IMG/VR virus record: IMGVR_UViG_3300047317_001031 | Location: 64,001-128,000 of that record | Source of the DNA: a virus | Lineage: Duplodnaviria > Heunggongvirae > Uroviricota > Caudoviricetes | Reading direction: 5' to 3' (one strand) | DNA length: 64,000 bases | Part shown: piece by piece, positions 19,646-30,007 of the stretch | Position numbering within the stretch: position 1 is the stretch's first letter | Layout: every line of letters starts with the position of its first letter | The notes under the pieces: model-generated | What the model saw: only the letters and a program-made list of their open reading frames with translations | What the model was told of the DNA's origin: nothing | Databases searched by the model: none | Made by a program: the position numbers and the translations under genes

Positions 19646-19878
19646 TGCCTATCGTAAACCGCGGGGCGCACCAGGTTCAGCCTGAACGCCCCGCTACGGC
19701 GGTTCCAGTTAGGGAGGCGGAGAAAACGATCCCCAAGATCATTCGAATGGACGAGAAGCGTACCGTCGTGCGAGGGAACGGCATGATCGTATTCGAGCAA
19801 AATCAGGTCGTAAGCGATCCGTGGCTTATTTATGCCGCAGTTGATAATAAGGTTGGATTTCAAATCATAGAGGCATAA
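19645..19878 (+). CDS. small head-associated hypothetical protein
   Basis: TAATG overlap with the capsid stop. Confidence 0.6.
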   Translation: MPIVNRGAHQVQPERPATAVPVREAEKTIPKIIRMDEKRTVVRGNGMIVFEQNQVVSDPWLIYAAVDNKVGFQIIEA

Positions 19879-19890
19879 TTACTAATAAGT

Positions 19891-20706
19891 TTGGAGCGCA
19901 ACATGGTTCTGCCTGAGTACCTTAAGGACAGAGTGCGTATCCACCTTGATGTTCCGGTTATTGGGATTCAAGATTCTGGAAGCATGTTCGGTTACAGATT
20001 CCCAAATGTAATGGGTTTATTGGAAAACCGGATGAACATGCTACAACCCTTTGAATTCGCAACGATAACAGGAACGCCCACCGCATCGTTAAGCCTAATG
20101 CAAAACGGAACAATCCTCGCAGGCGGAACGATAACGATTTCGGTCAATAGCATTCCAGTCATCTACACGATAACGAGTGCGGATGCATCGGCTCCTGATC
20201 CGGTTCTTTCGATCGCGACGAACGCTTCAAATTTGATTTCTGCGACGTTGCCTTCTCTAGTGATCGCGAGTGCGCAGCCGACGATCGTCTTCCCTATCAC
20301 GACGATCGGGAGAAGCCCTTCGCAGTGGCAGGTTACGCTTTCGTCTACGAACGATTCGACGTTCACAGTAGCGATTTCGGGGAGCACGGGCAATCCGTAT
20401 GCCTATGTGAGCCTGCAAGGCATTATGCCGAAGCCGTCATATACATTTGTTGAGGATAGTTATACGGCTACGGGATATCTACCCATACTTGATTACCTGG
20501 AGTCAAAAGTTGCCGGATCAAGCGACTTGATGAAGTTCTCCAAGGCCGACGTGGTTGATTTCCGTCGTGACGAAATGGGCGCTCGTAGCGGGCTATACTG
20601 GTGGTGGAAGAAGCGTCTCTCCACGGTCTTCGGCGTTCCGATTCGTCCGTTGCCTATGGTCGGACGTTTTGGCGGTTCCGGCACGAATCTACGTATGACG
20701 TATTGA
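19891..20706 (+). CDS. head-tail connector (neck) protein
   Basis: Position; N- and C-terminal adaptor-like helices around an inserted beta domain. Confidence 0.65.
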   Translation: MERNMVLPEYLKDRVRIHLDVPVIGIQDSGSMFGYRFPNVMGLLENRMNMLQPFEFATITGTPTASLSLMQNGTILAGGTITISVNSIPVIYTITSADASAPDPVLSIATNASNLISATLPSLVIASAQPTIVFPITTIGRSPSQWQVTLSSTNDSTFTVAISGSTGNPYAYVSLQGIMPKPSYTFVEDSYTATGYLPILDYLESKVAGSSDLMKFSKADVVDFRRDEMGARSGLYWWWKKRLSTVFGVPIRPLPMVGRFGGSGTNLRMTY

Positions 20707-20716
20707 GGAAACCCTC

Positions 20717-21499
20717 ATGCCGATATTCTTCCCGTCATTCGGTACGATGCCGCTTATTGATTTTGCTATTCAGATCGGGCGTGGAGCGGCTGCGGGCGTT
20801 ATTGGTCAGACGTACGATATTCGCCGCCTAGATGACAATACGAACGGCGCTATTTCAAATAATCCCCCTATTTTTACTGCATACCCTGCGCGTGTACGCC
20901 GTACAACGAGTAAAGCGGCGATCGAGAACATAACATTTGATACCCTTATTTTCCAAGCGACATGCGATAATAGAGTTCTTCGTGACGGGGATTTATTAAC
21001 GCAGACCGGCTATGAGAATGACGGTTCTATCTTCACGATGGCCCAAGCGCGTCCAACGCGTGAGACGCTTTGGGTAAGAACTGAAGCGACGTGTTCCATT
21101 ACGCGTCCTATGCCGACTGCTGGTGCAGCCTCCCAGCAGCCGGCAAACGGAATCGTTGCGACGCAGGGATATAGCGGGTTTGCTAAGTCTACCGAAATAC
21201 CTTTAACGTTGCAGAACGGAATGTACTCATTTTCTTCTGATCCTAATGCGACGCAGGCATCCGTACAAGTCGGAATACAGCCGTTTAACCGCATACGAGA
21301 CGGCAATATAAAGCTCCCCACTGCTCTTTATCGTGAACATTTCATGATTTGGGTTCCGATGCTTCCGGGCGAGATCCTTAATGAATTGGATCGTGTTCGC
21401 TTTCAAAACATGGATGCATACGAGGTCGCTCTTATTTTCTCAACGGATACCGTTGGATTGTCCGGGCATATTTGCATTGTCGAGAGGATCAACGTTTGA
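20717..21499 (+). CDS. head closure/adaptor protein
   Basis: Position in the neck module. Confidence 0.55.
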   Translation: MPIFFPSFGTMPLIDFAIQIGRGAAAGVIGQTYDIRRLDDNTNGAISNNPPIFTAYPARVRRTTSKAAIENITFDTLIFQATCDNRVLRDGDLLTQTGYENDGSIFTMAQARPTRETLWVRTEATCSITRPMPTAGAASQQPANGIVATQGYSGFAKSTEIPLTLQNGMYSFSSDPNATQASVQVGIQPFNRIRDGNIKLPTALYREHFMIWVPMLPGEILNELDRVRFQNMDAYEVALIFSTDTVGLSGHICIVERINV

Positions 21500-21852
21500 G
21501 AGTTGTTGTCGCAGATGATTCGCATCCGACCCTTTTATTTTTCCGACGTATCCTTATCGAAAATGGTCATGAAGTTGTCGCGATGGCAAATAATGGAAAA
21601 GAGGCATTAGATTTCTGCAAAATCCATAACCCTGATCTTGCATTACTTGATAGAACGATGCCGGGGCTAGGTGGAGAAGCCGTCGCAAAAGAAATTATTG
21701 ATAATAAGTATGCGTCCCATGTGATTATGGTAAGTTTGGATGCTCAACTTTCCGTTTTCAAGCCGCTACTCGAACGTGGTGTTCAAGTCCTCGGGAAACC
21801 TGTTCGGAAAGAGCAGATTCTCGCAGCTATCAATAAACTTCCGCGACAGTAG
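21496..21852 (+). CDS. stand-alone response-regulator receiver (CheY-like)
   Basis: VVADDS, LLDRTMPGLGG (phospho-Asp), IMVS and GKP all intact; TTGA overlap with GAGGA RBS. Confidence 0.9.
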   Translation: MRVVVADDSHPTLLFFRRILIENGHEVVAMANNGKEALDFCKIHNPDLALLDRTMPGLGGEAVAKEIIDNKYASHVIMVSLDAQLSVFKPLLERGVQVLGKPVRKEQILAAINKLPRQ

Positions 21853-21860
21853 GTTCTTCA

Positions 21861-22136
21861 TTGACAAGCGACGAGTATATTGATCGTGCTCGCGAGATAG
21901 AAGAACATGCGAATAGAAAAGCTGATGCGGCTAGGAAAAGCGTCGTCTGTTGGTTTGGCAGGCATGGGCGTTATACATACCTTGCCGATTGTATTCGTTC
22001 TCTCGCATGTTCTAGCGCGCTTTCAAATATAGAATCTGAAATGAACAAAGAGATGTCTGAATTAGATGCTGAATTTTACGGGATAACCGAAGAGGAGATG
22101 CGCTTAGATGAAGCCTCGCCTCGAAGATGTTCTTGA
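21861..22136 (+). CDS. hypothetical protein
   Basis: Operon-packed. Confidence 0.5.
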   Translation: MTSDEYIDRAREIEEHANRKADAARKSVVCWFGRHGRYTYLADCIRSLACSSALSNIESEMNKEMSELDAEFYGITEEEMRLDEASPRRCS

Positions 22137-22974
22137 AACCATTCAGATTGCGGTTGCGAACGCGATACAAACGGGGATAAACGCCGGTAGGATCGTTGCG
22201 CCTCCTGCTCAGTGCGTTGTAGGATGGCCGACAACGCCGGAATTGGTTATGATTCTATCTCAAGGCCAATATCAAGTAAATATATTTCCGCTTCCTGACG
22301 GTCGTCAAACGTCGCGGTATACGCCGGTTCCTTTCCCGATAGAGAATCCGAACGTCACGCTTACGGCTACGATATCGGGCGGGACGATAAACTTCGGCGG
22401 ATCGGTTGTAACGGGACTGAATATCCATACGTTCGTTGGGGCGCTACTACGAGATGCCCATTATCAGACGGTTCCTATGGATACGTTGACGACGGTTGCC
22501 GCGGGCGTCAAGAACGCGATAAACGCACTTTCCTTGGCTGGGGTGTCCGCTTCGTCAAGCACGAGCTCCGTTTCCATTACCGGATCTCCGAACGTCATTT
22601 GCAATATCGGATCTTCCGGAACGGTTATGGCGGTTGAGGTTAATCGTGTGCAGCGCGGTATTCAAGTTACCGCATGGTGCCCGGAGCCGTTTTTACGATA
22701 TAGCGTGATTGAGCCGATCGTTGAGAATATCGGGACGACGGATTTTCCATTTTTGAAATTGTCTGACGGAACGCCTCTCCGAATTCAAAATAGCGGTCGT
22801 GATAATTTTAACATGGATCAATCGCAGTCAGCTTATTCATGTTATGAGTACCATTTGAATTTCGAAGTAGAATATGGCCTCATTCGTCTTCTCACCGGCG
22901 CGCAAGTCGAATCGGTTGAGCTAATAACCACCATTAACAATGAACCATCGGTCACTTACTACGCCGGAGGATAG
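22108..22974 (+). CDS. tail terminator/completion protein
   Basis: Position just upstream of the sheath gene. Confidence 0.55.
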   Translation: MKPRLEDVLETIQIAVANAIQTGINAGRIVAPPAQCVVGWPTTPELVMILSQGQYQVNIFPLPDGRQTSRYTPVPFPIENPNVTLTATISGGTINFGGSVVTGLNIHTFVGALLRDAHYQTVPMDTLTTVAAGVKNAINALSLAGVSASSSTSSVSITGSPNVICNIGSSGTVMAVEVNRVQRGIQVTAWCPEPFLRYSVIEPIVENIGTTDFPFLKLSDGTPLRIQNSGRDNFNMDQSQSAYSCYEYHLNFEVEYGLIRLLTGAQVESVELITTINNEPSVTYYAGG

Positions 22975-23185
22975 ACTTTTGTTTTCATATGTCGTGAAAA
23001 AGAGCGGCGACTTTCATAAGGACGGCGTTCTCCTTCGGCGCGGCGATGCGCTTACTGGGGAAGATGCACGTTGGTTGGAGTCGCCTGAGAATCATCATCT
23101 TTTGCTTCGTTGCAATCGTGTGCAGGCTCATCGGATAGACGAGTCTTCGCCTTATGTTATTTCAACTTCTAAGGCGGAGGGCTAA
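22940..23185 (+). CDS. small hypothetical protein
   Basis: Fills the gap before the sheath gene; start uncertain. Confidence 0.45.
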   Translation: MNHRSLTTPEDRLLFSYVVKKSGDFHKDGVLLRRGDALTGEDARWLESPENHHLLLRCNRVQAHRIDESSPYVISTSKAEG

Positions 23186-23188
23186 TCC

Positions 23189-25114
23189 ATGCCTATCGTA
23201 ACGAACACGCAGCCCGGCAATTTCGTTATTCCGGGGAGCTATATCCAGATCGCTCCAACGCCCCCTCCGGTCGCGCTAGGACCTAATACGTCGCTTATCG
23301 GGCTAAACGGATGTGCGGCTTATGGAGCGGTAAATTCGCCGACATATTTTACGCTTGCTACCGTCTATACGACGTTCGGGCGTAGTACGTCGGTTCCGTA
23401 TTCTATCGCTGATGCGGTGGTAAACGGCATGACGCCGGAATCGAATATATTCCTGGGCAACCGTGTAACGGACGGAACCGATACGGCAGCGAGCGTTCTT
23501 GTCGTTGACGGTTCGGGATTCGCGACGGAGACGATTACGATTTCGGGAGCCGCTGGTACGGGGCAAACGGTTATCGTAACGCTCGTCAACGGAAGCGTCA
23601 CGGTCAATACTCCGCTCTATACGATTCCGAATGGGCAAAGCGCGGCTCTGACGGCAACGGCCCTTTCGAATATCATCAATAACACGGTGGCGGTTCTCGG
23701 ATCAAATTCATTCATTCAAACGACGACCGCCTCAACGAATACGATCCCGATAAACGCCCTTGCATCAGGAACCGGCGGGAATTCGATTACTGCTTCGGTT
23801 GCGATCACGGGAAGCGGAACGAGTGCTACGCCGAATAGCCCGACTGCACTAAGCGGAGGGGCTGTGCCGGGAAGCATCGGAACGCTTACCGATATTCATA
23901 CCGGATCGTACCCGAACGCCTCCACGGCGAACAACATCATTTCGGGATACCGCCTTGATTACACGTCGCCTTCAGGATCGACGTCTCCGGTCGCGCGCCT
24001 TACCCTGTACCACCCCGATTCCGCCGCTCAGGTCTTCAACAATATCATCGCATATGCGACGGTCGGAGGCGGGTATAGCGCGGCTACCTTTAAGACGAAT
24101 CTCGCCGCCGCCATAAATACCGGATCAAGCGCTCAGGCTCCAGCGCAGTTCTGGACATTCACGAGCGGATCTTCAACCGCAGTTCCCCTCGTCGGCGTTT
24201 ATCAGGGTGCCTCGGGCGGTACGGACGGTACGACGAGTATCACGACTCAGGTTCTCCTCGGCCAAGATGCGACTGTTTCTTCGGCACGTACGGGGATCTA
24301 TGCGTTGCGTACGATGCTCGGAGCGGCTCAGGTCATTATTCCACAATTTGCCGACTGTACGGCTGCTCAAGCGCTCGCTTCATTCTGCGTGGAAGAAAAC
24401 TGCATCGGGTTCATTGATCTCGGCGGCATTGGGACATCGACGACGACGGCGGTCACGACGAAGACGAACAATAACGTCAATAGCAGTTCGCTCATCTCGT
24501 CAATGGAGTGGGGTTACTATCTTGATCCGTTCACGGGGGTCGAGAAACTTTGTTCTCCGTCAAACACGATTGCCGGTACGGTAGCGAGCCTCAATCCTTG
24601 GTTCTCGCCGCTTAATAAGCCGACAGGCGGAAAGAGCGGCCTGATCGCGACGGAGTGGAGCACGACCCAGTTTCCCGATTTTACGTCCCTCGAAGTGAAC
24701 AATATTTGCTTCATCGCTCGCGAAAACGGAAACTTCGTCGTATGGAACGATAATTGCTCGGACGGAACCCCGATCGCCGATGCACGTATGCGAAATTACA
24801 TCGCCTACCAAATCCAAGTTATCGGTTTTCCGTTCATCGGCATGTTGCAGTCTACGGCTCCGAACGATCCGACCCGAAACGACTACTTCAACGCGATTAA
24901 GGGATTCTTGTCGCCGATGGCTCCCCCGCCTTTTGGAAGCGCAACGACGCCGCAGATCAACGCCTTTAACGTGGATTCGTCGGGGAATACGCCCACGACG
25001 ATCCAAGGCGGATTCCTCATTGGAAAGACGACTGTCCAGACCCTCCGCGGCATCCGCTATGTCTTGAATATTATCTTGGTAGGGTCGCAAGTCGTCGTGC
25101 AACAGGCCGCATAA
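23189..25114 (+). CDS. contractile tail sheath protein
   Basis: 641 aa; FVIPGSYIQI N-terminus, GASGGTDG, sheath-like C-terminal domain; followed by tube gene. Confidence 0.85.
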   Translation: MPIVTNTQPGNFVIPGSYIQIAPTPPPVALGPNTSLIGLNGCAAYGAVNSPTYFTLATVYTTFGRSTSVPYSIADAVVNGMTPESNIFLGNRVTDGTDTAASVLVVDGSGFATETITISGAAGTGQTVIVTLVNGSVTVNTPLYTIPNGQSAALTATALSNIINNTVAVLGSNSFIQTTTASTNTIPINALASGTGGNSITASVAITGSGTSATPNSPTALSGGAVPGSIGTLTDIHTGSYPNASTANNIISGYRLDYTSPSGSTSPVARLTLYHPDSAAQVFNNIIAYATVGGGYSAATFKTNLAAAINTGSSAQAPAQFWTFTSGSSTAVPLVGVYQGASGGTDGTTSITTQVLLGQDATVSSARTGIYALRTMLGAAQVIIPQFADCTAAQALASFCVEENCIGFIDLGGIGTSTTTAVTTKTNNNVNSSSLISSMEWGYYLDPFTGVEKLCSPSNTIAGTVASLNPWFSPLNKPTGGKSGLIATEWSTTQFPDFTSLEVNNICFIARENGNFVVWNDNCSDGTPIADARMRNYIAYQIQVIGFPFIGMLQSTAPNDPTRNDYFNAIKGFLSPMAPPPFGSATTPQINAFNVDSSGNTPTTIQGGFLIGKTTVQTLRGIRYVLNIILVGSQVVVQQAA

Positions 25115-25192
25115 GCGGTAGAAACCTCACCCTGATCATTCTCGCATGGCCGCTCACTTTTTGGGCGGCTTTCCCTATTTGAGGAGCCGCAA

Positions 25193-25645
25193 ATGGCGAT
25201 TGTTCCCGGCACATACAACCTTGGGCCGGATAATTCTATTACGATCACGCGTAACGATACGAATTCCGTGGTGACGCTTGACGGCGTTCGAACGAAGTTC
25301 ATGTCTAAGTATGACGATGAAATCGTAAAGGGTTCTCCGATTGACCTTGGCGGAATCGTTATCGCTACGCGCATCCCTGGAGGATTGTCGGGATCTATTG
25401 AGGTTGAACGTGCAACCAACGATTTCGACTTACTTACCCAGTTCCTTGATCAAAACTATTATGCACAAGGTCCGCATCTTCGATTCACGATTACGGAGAC
25501 GGTGCTCCAAGCGGATAGACTCTCTTCAGATTCGGCACAATTCACGCTTGCAGTTTTCCATGGATACAATCGTGGATCATACGAGAGAACCGGAATCGTT
25601 AAAACCACAGTGGAATTTTTCGCTTCAACTCTAGTCGCTGTATAG
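25193..25645 (+). CDS. tail tube protein
   Basis: 150 aa after the sheath gene; GGLSGSIEVER. Confidence 0.75.
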   Translation: MAIVPGTYNLGPDNSITITRNDTNSVVTLDGVRTKFMSKYDDEIVKGSPIDLGGIVIATRIPGGLSGSIEVERATNDFDLLTQFLDQNYYAQGPHLRFTITETVLQADRLSSDSAQFTLAVFHGYNRGSYERTGIVKTTVEFFASTLVAV

Positions 25646-25667
25646 CGCGTATAAATAGGAGATCCCC

Positions 25668-26063
25668 TTGATTGGAGAGAAACAGACTCTCGTACTTAGC
25701 GACCGCGTAACGGTTGAGGTAGGAGAATTGGACGGATACGAAGAGGACCTCGCCGATTCGCGTCTAGCAGAAGTCGTAAGCATCGGCGGAGATCCGAAGC
25801 GAATGGAAAAACCTGAAGAGCAAAGTTCTCTTATGGCGAAGATGATGCTTTCTACTGCTAAGGTTTTTTCTATTTGTAGTATACGCAAAGTTAATGACAA
25901 TCTGGTATTCCCGCTTAAAAATGCTGGAATGTACGCTAGCACGGCGAAGATGCTAAAAATTTCCGAGAAGAGAACGCTTACTGAATGGGGCGCTCCGATT
26001 TATTCTCCTCCCCAGGAGAAGGTGGGAAACGCGCAGGCCGTCGAGGATTCCGAACATCCGTAA
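25668..26063 (+). CDS. tail assembly chaperone
   Basis: Follows tube gene; contains an in-frame slippery heptamer. Confidence 0.7.
   Translation: MIGEKQTLVLSDRVTVEVGELDGYEEDLADSRLAEVVSIGGDPKRMEKPEEQSSLMAKMMLSTAKVFSICSIRKVNDNLVFPLKNAGMYASTAKMLKISEKRTLTEWGAPIYSPPQEKVGNAQAVEDSEHP
26024..26030 (+). other. -1 programmed frameshift site G GGA AAC
   Basis: X XXY YYZ phased to the chaperone frame; the -1 frame is open to 26233. Confidence 0.75.
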
Positions 26064-26233
26064 CGCTCGCTCGTGTTTCTCGTGGCGGCATATCTATGCA
26101 CGATGCCCGTATGATGTCTCAAGTTGATCGTAGAGCCGCACTCCAAATTCTTGCAGAGCTTGAAGGCGGGATCGTGGATGAGAAGACGGGTGAGGTGACA
26201 TGGCCTGATCGCTCTAAGTCTGAGGAGAAATGA
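26030..26233 (+). CDS. frameshift extension of tail assembly chaperone (GT-like product, about 188 aa total)
   Basis: -1 frame KRAGRRGF...WPDRSKSEEK. Confidence 0.65.
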   Translation, partial: RAGRRGFRTSVTLARVSRGGISMHDARMMSQVDRRAALQILAELEGGIVDEKTGEVTWPDRSKSEEK

Positions 26234-26742
26234 TGAGCATTGAACGTGTGTTTCATAGTTTAGAGTCTTTCTCGCGGTTCTTGGAGCGTGCGGCAGTAAC
26301 GGCAGAAATCCCAATGGTCATCGCTGCTCGGGAATCTGCTCGCGTACTTCAAAAAAACATAAAGAACGTTTATGGTAAAGGGTATAAATTCGAACATAAT
26401 CTTGCGGGATCAGGAGATCTAGCCCCATCAACTCAAGCGGAGCGTACGGCACTTAATTATACGCCCAATGATCCGCTTCTTCGAGACGGTCGTCTCTTAC
26501 GTGATAATGTTGAACGCTTTAGTGAACCTGGGATAGCGGCATCAGGAACCCCCGAAATCATAAACGCTTATCATGAATTTGGGTACCTGTCATTTAGGTC
26601 AGGGAAAAGCGTACCACCGCGTCCGACGTTCAAGATCGGGCTCCAGGATTCAGAAGCGGAAGTTATCGAGATCGTTGAATTAGCATGCGGAAGTATACTT
26701 GGTTTTAGCCCAATAGCAACGGTTATCAGAGAGGGATACTAA
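26230..26742 (+). CDS. HK97-gp10-like neck/tail protein
   Basis: LAPST..R.....PL...G.L....YA..HEFG pattern; PPRPTF. Confidence 0.65.
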   Translation: MMSIERVFHSLESFSRFLERAAVTAEIPMVIAARESARVLQKNIKNVYGKGYKFEHNLAGSGDLAPSTQAERTALNYTPNDPLLRDGRLLRDNVERFSEPGIAASGTPEIINAYHEFGYLSFRSGKSVPPRPTFKIGLQDSEAEVIEIVELACGSILGFSPIATVIREGY

Positions 26743-26803
26743 AATTCTCGGAAGCTGGACCGTCGCAAGCATTATTCGTTTTTCTTCGAATGCGGATGTT
26801 GTT

Positions 26804-29047
26804 ATGTCCCGCATAGCCTCGTCGACTGCGATGGCATCGGGAGCACTTGATCGTCAAAAGAAGCAATTAGATGCTAATCAATTAGCCACGCTCCGTTATC
26901 AGCAACGAATAGCTGCTCTTCGCGCAGAACAGATGCGTTTCGTACAGATGGGAGCAGGGTTTGCCGCAGTTGGAGGATTCCTTGCTATAGGAACTGCTGT
27001 GGCTGATGCATCTAAGTTCCAGCTAGTGATGACCAGTATCCAGAACGTCACCGAAGCATCGGCATCACAGATGGAGCGTCTCTACAACGCAACGTTCAAC
27101 GTCGGGAATAAAACGGCGATGAACGCAACCGAGGTTGCAGAAATGTTCCGGGAAATCGCGCGTAGCGCACAAGGCTCTACGTTGGGATTTCAGGGGATGT
27201 TAAACATTCTTCCCTATGCAGCGAAAATGCAGACGGTTCTAGGGCCTACTCGTGGAATGTCACCTGAACAAACGGTTGATACCACAATGGCGCTTGTCCA
27301 TCTCTTCCGCCAATATTACGAAGCCGGAACTCCAAAGATGATGGATACCGTTCTTCGCATGTTTGAACTGTCCCCAATTTCGCCCGCCCAAATGTTACGG
27401 CAAATGACGTATTTCGTGCCGATGCTCAAGGCGCTCAATACGCCTAATGAGCAAGCAGCAACGATGATGACGTTCCTTGCACGCGCTGGGTTCGGAAGCG
27501 GAAAAGGCGGCACGGGCGTTGCCATGCAAACATTACAATCATTAGGGCCTCTACAAATAACATCTTTCGCTCAAGCACATAAACACGAAATGTTAGTCAA
27601 GCTCGGATTGCTTAATAAAGATGGAACAAGTCCGTTCGTACATCCTGGAGGACCTGGCGGAAAACCGTATTACGATCTCTTCCAAGAACTGGCGCAGGTT
27701 TCCAAGGCTTCGCAACTCGTAGGCGGCGGAGCGAATGCGGTAAAGACTCTTACGAGCATCTTTGGGACAACCGGCGGCAGAGTCGCTATGCTTATGGCAG
27801 ATCCTGATCTTGTCAAGCAATTACAGTCCCTCGAAAAGATCATGACGACCCAAGCCTCGCTCGGGCTTAAACCACAGTCCGAGAAGATCATGGATACTGT
27901 ATCATCTCAGTGGAAACGTATGATCGCGAACTTCAATTCGCTAATGATTGAAATGGGCGTTCCGTGGTTGCGTGCGTTAACAGATTTATTCCGATCAATC
28001 GGTGATGCCTTACATAATGCACAGGCATGGATGCACCAACATCCGCGTGCGGAAAAGGCTATTGGTGCAGGTGCCGCAGTTGGATCAACGGTTCTTGCGG
28101 GTGTCGCTCTTTCAGGAATTATCGGTGCTGCCGGAAAGATACTCGGTTTTGGGGGCGGGATAGGCATTTTAGGAGGCGGTGCCGGGGGGCTATTCGGTGG
28201 GGTTCTCGGATCATTACGTAGAGCGGGAACAGATATTGCGAAAATTTTCACATTCTCTCCAGGAGGGAAAGGGATTATCGGTCAGGGTGTTTCCGGGATG
28301 ATGAAGCCTGATTTTCTCCGTGATCTAGGTATGGGATTACGAAACATACCAGGAATACGGCAACTCCTTACGGCTCTTGATCATCTTGGAGGAGTCGGAA
28401 AACTCATCGCCGGCATAATGAATATTCTCGTTCATAGTTCCGGGCTTCTTATCAGGACTCTTTTCGCGTTTGGATTGCGCTTGCTCAACGTCGTTGGATG
28501 GGCATTGCTTGTTAAGGATGCCTTACAATTCTTTCTTGACCATCCGAAAGAAATCGGGGCTTGGGTTGCGAAAATCATATGGTTTTTCCGTGCAACGCTA
28601 ATACCGCAGACGATCAAGGCCATGCAGACATTCGTTCCGCTTATACTCGGGGCATTTTGGAATATGCTCAAAGGGATGTTGGATATGATCTTGCATCCCG
28701 GTCGTTTTGTCGCAGCAGCAAAGGACATGATGAAGGCCATAAACGATTACAATTGGCAGCAACAGCATATAAACGATATAGCCGCTGCACGGGCATCGGC
28801 ACAACATGCGAAAGAAAATGAACAGCGTTACGCAGATGAACAGCGTAAGCGAGCATTTGCAAATGACCGCGTAAGACGTCAAGAAGGAACTAATATAACC
28901 ATACAGAGCCTCGTTCTCCCTGGCGTGAAAACAGCGAAAGACATACATCCAGCACTTATGAATGTTGATAAGCTAACGCAGGGAAGCCCCCGCATTCCAA
29001 CTGATCCTCGCATTGCATTCCCGCTGAATTCTTCATTCGCTATCTAA
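26804..29047 (+). CDS. tail tape measure protein
   Basis: TP901-like core (FQLVMTSIQNVT...ATEVAEMF), Gly-rich hydrophobic repeats; true start may be ATT 26744. Confidence 0.88.
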   Translation: MSRIASSTAMASGALDRQKKQLDANQLATLRYQQRIAALRAEQMRFVQMGAGFAAVGGFLAIGTAVADASKFQLVMTSIQNVTEASASQMERLYNATFNVGNKTAMNATEVAEMFREIARSAQGSTLGFQGMLNILPYAAKMQTVLGPTRGMSPEQTVDTTMALVHLFRQYYEAGTPKMMDTVLRMFELSPISPAQMLRQMTYFVPMLKALNTPNEQAATMMTFLARAGFGSGKGGTGVAMQTLQSLGPLQITSFAQAHKHEMLVKLGLLNKDGTSPFVHPGGPGGKPYYDLFQELAQVSKASQLVGGGANAVKTLTSIFGTTGGRVAMLMADPDLVKQLQSLEKIMTTQASLGLKPQSEKIMDTVSSQWKRMIANFNSLMIEMGVPWLRALTDLFRSIGDALHNAQAWMHQHPRAEKAIGAGAAVGSTVLAGVALSGIIGAAGKILGFGGGIGILGGGAGGLFGGVLGSLRRAGTDIAKIFTFSPGGKGIIGQGVSGMMKPDFLRDLGMGLRNIPGIRQLLTALDHLGGVGKLIAGIMNILVHSSGLLIRTLFAFGLRLLNVVGWALLVKDALQFFLDHPKEIGAWVAKIIWFFRATLIPQTIKAMQTFVPLILGAFWNMLKGMLDMILHPGRFVAAAKDMMKAINDYNWQQQHINDIAAARASAQHAKENEQRYADEQRKRAFANDRVRRQEGTNITIQSLVLPGVKTAKDIHPALMNVDKLTQGSPRIPTDPRIAFPLNSSFAI

Positions 29048-29065
29048 TCCGCATGGGGAGTCGTT

Positions 29066-29998
29066 ATGGCTTTTACTGTCGCAACGATCCCTCCAACAGG
29101 ACCTCAACATCCAGGCCCTGCGCCTCTTACATTCGGTTCGGTTGCATTCAATTCTGAGGAATGCCCGTCACATTTACCGATAGGTCCAGGGACGCAGAAA
29201 TTAACGGTATGTGAATTGATCGGGGGAGGGCGAGTTTTACAATCATTCGGCTCTCAGCCGCAACCCGTGACGTTTTCCGGTACGTTCTGGAATGTGAACG
29301 TCGCTCCTCGTGTTACGCTTTTACGTTCATACAATGTTGCCGGAAGCGAACAACCGTTAACATGGAATTTCGAAAAATATTACGGAATTCTCACAAAATT
29401 CGAGCCGAATTATCATAATGTAAATCGATGCGAATATACGCTCACGATTGAAATAACTCGTGATGCGAACGGTTCATTTTCATCAACAACTCCGACTTCC
29501 GTTGATTCGCAAGTTTCCGCTCTTCAGAATAATGCAACTCTTGCATATGGACAACTCCTCGGTCAAGCATCAGCGGTCGGAGATACACAGCCGGCAAGCT
29601 GGCAGTCTGATTGGAGTAACGAGCAGCAGGCGATTCAACAAGGTGCTCCTCTTTCCCAAGCAAGCCCGCAAACCGCTCAGAATATAACGAATACGGTGCA
29701 GGCATTGACGGGCCAGGTTTCACCGTATATCTCAGGGCTTAATCCCCTTGACCCTCGTATAATTCCAGCTACGCAGTTCTTGAATGCCCTCATCCTTGTT
29801 TCAAGGAATGTCCAACAAGGTCAAGCTCCTAGAACGGTTCAGGTGATCGGCGGATCTCTCGCGACCGTTGCGGCAAAGTATTATGGTGATGTTTCGCTTA
29901 CGATGCAATTAGCTCAGGCAAACGGTCTATCAACGGCGCAGCTTCCAAGCGGAGTTTTCAAGACGATCATCCTTCCGCCGTTCCCAATGGTTGCATAG
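29066..29998 (+). CDS. baseplate/tube-initiator protein with C-terminal LysM/tail-X-like domain
   Basis: GGSLATVAAKYYGD...LAQANGL C-terminus. Confidence 0.7.
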   Translation: MAFTVATIPPTGPQHPGPAPLTFGSVAFNSEECPSHLPIGPGTQKLTVCELIGGGRVLQSFGSQPQPVTFSGTFWNVNVAPRVTLLRSYNVAGSEQPLTWNFEKYYGILTKFEPNYHNVNRCEYTLTIEITRDANGSFSSTTPTSVDSQVSALQNNATLAYGQLLGQASAVGDTQPASWQSDWSNEQQAIQQGAPLSQASPQTAQNITNTVQALTGQVSPYISGLNPLDPRIIPATQFLNALILVSRNVQQGQAPRTVQVIGGSLATVAAKYYGDVSLTMQLAQANGLSTAQLPSGVFKTIILPPFPMVA

Positions 29999-30007
29999 GA
30001 ATAAAAT

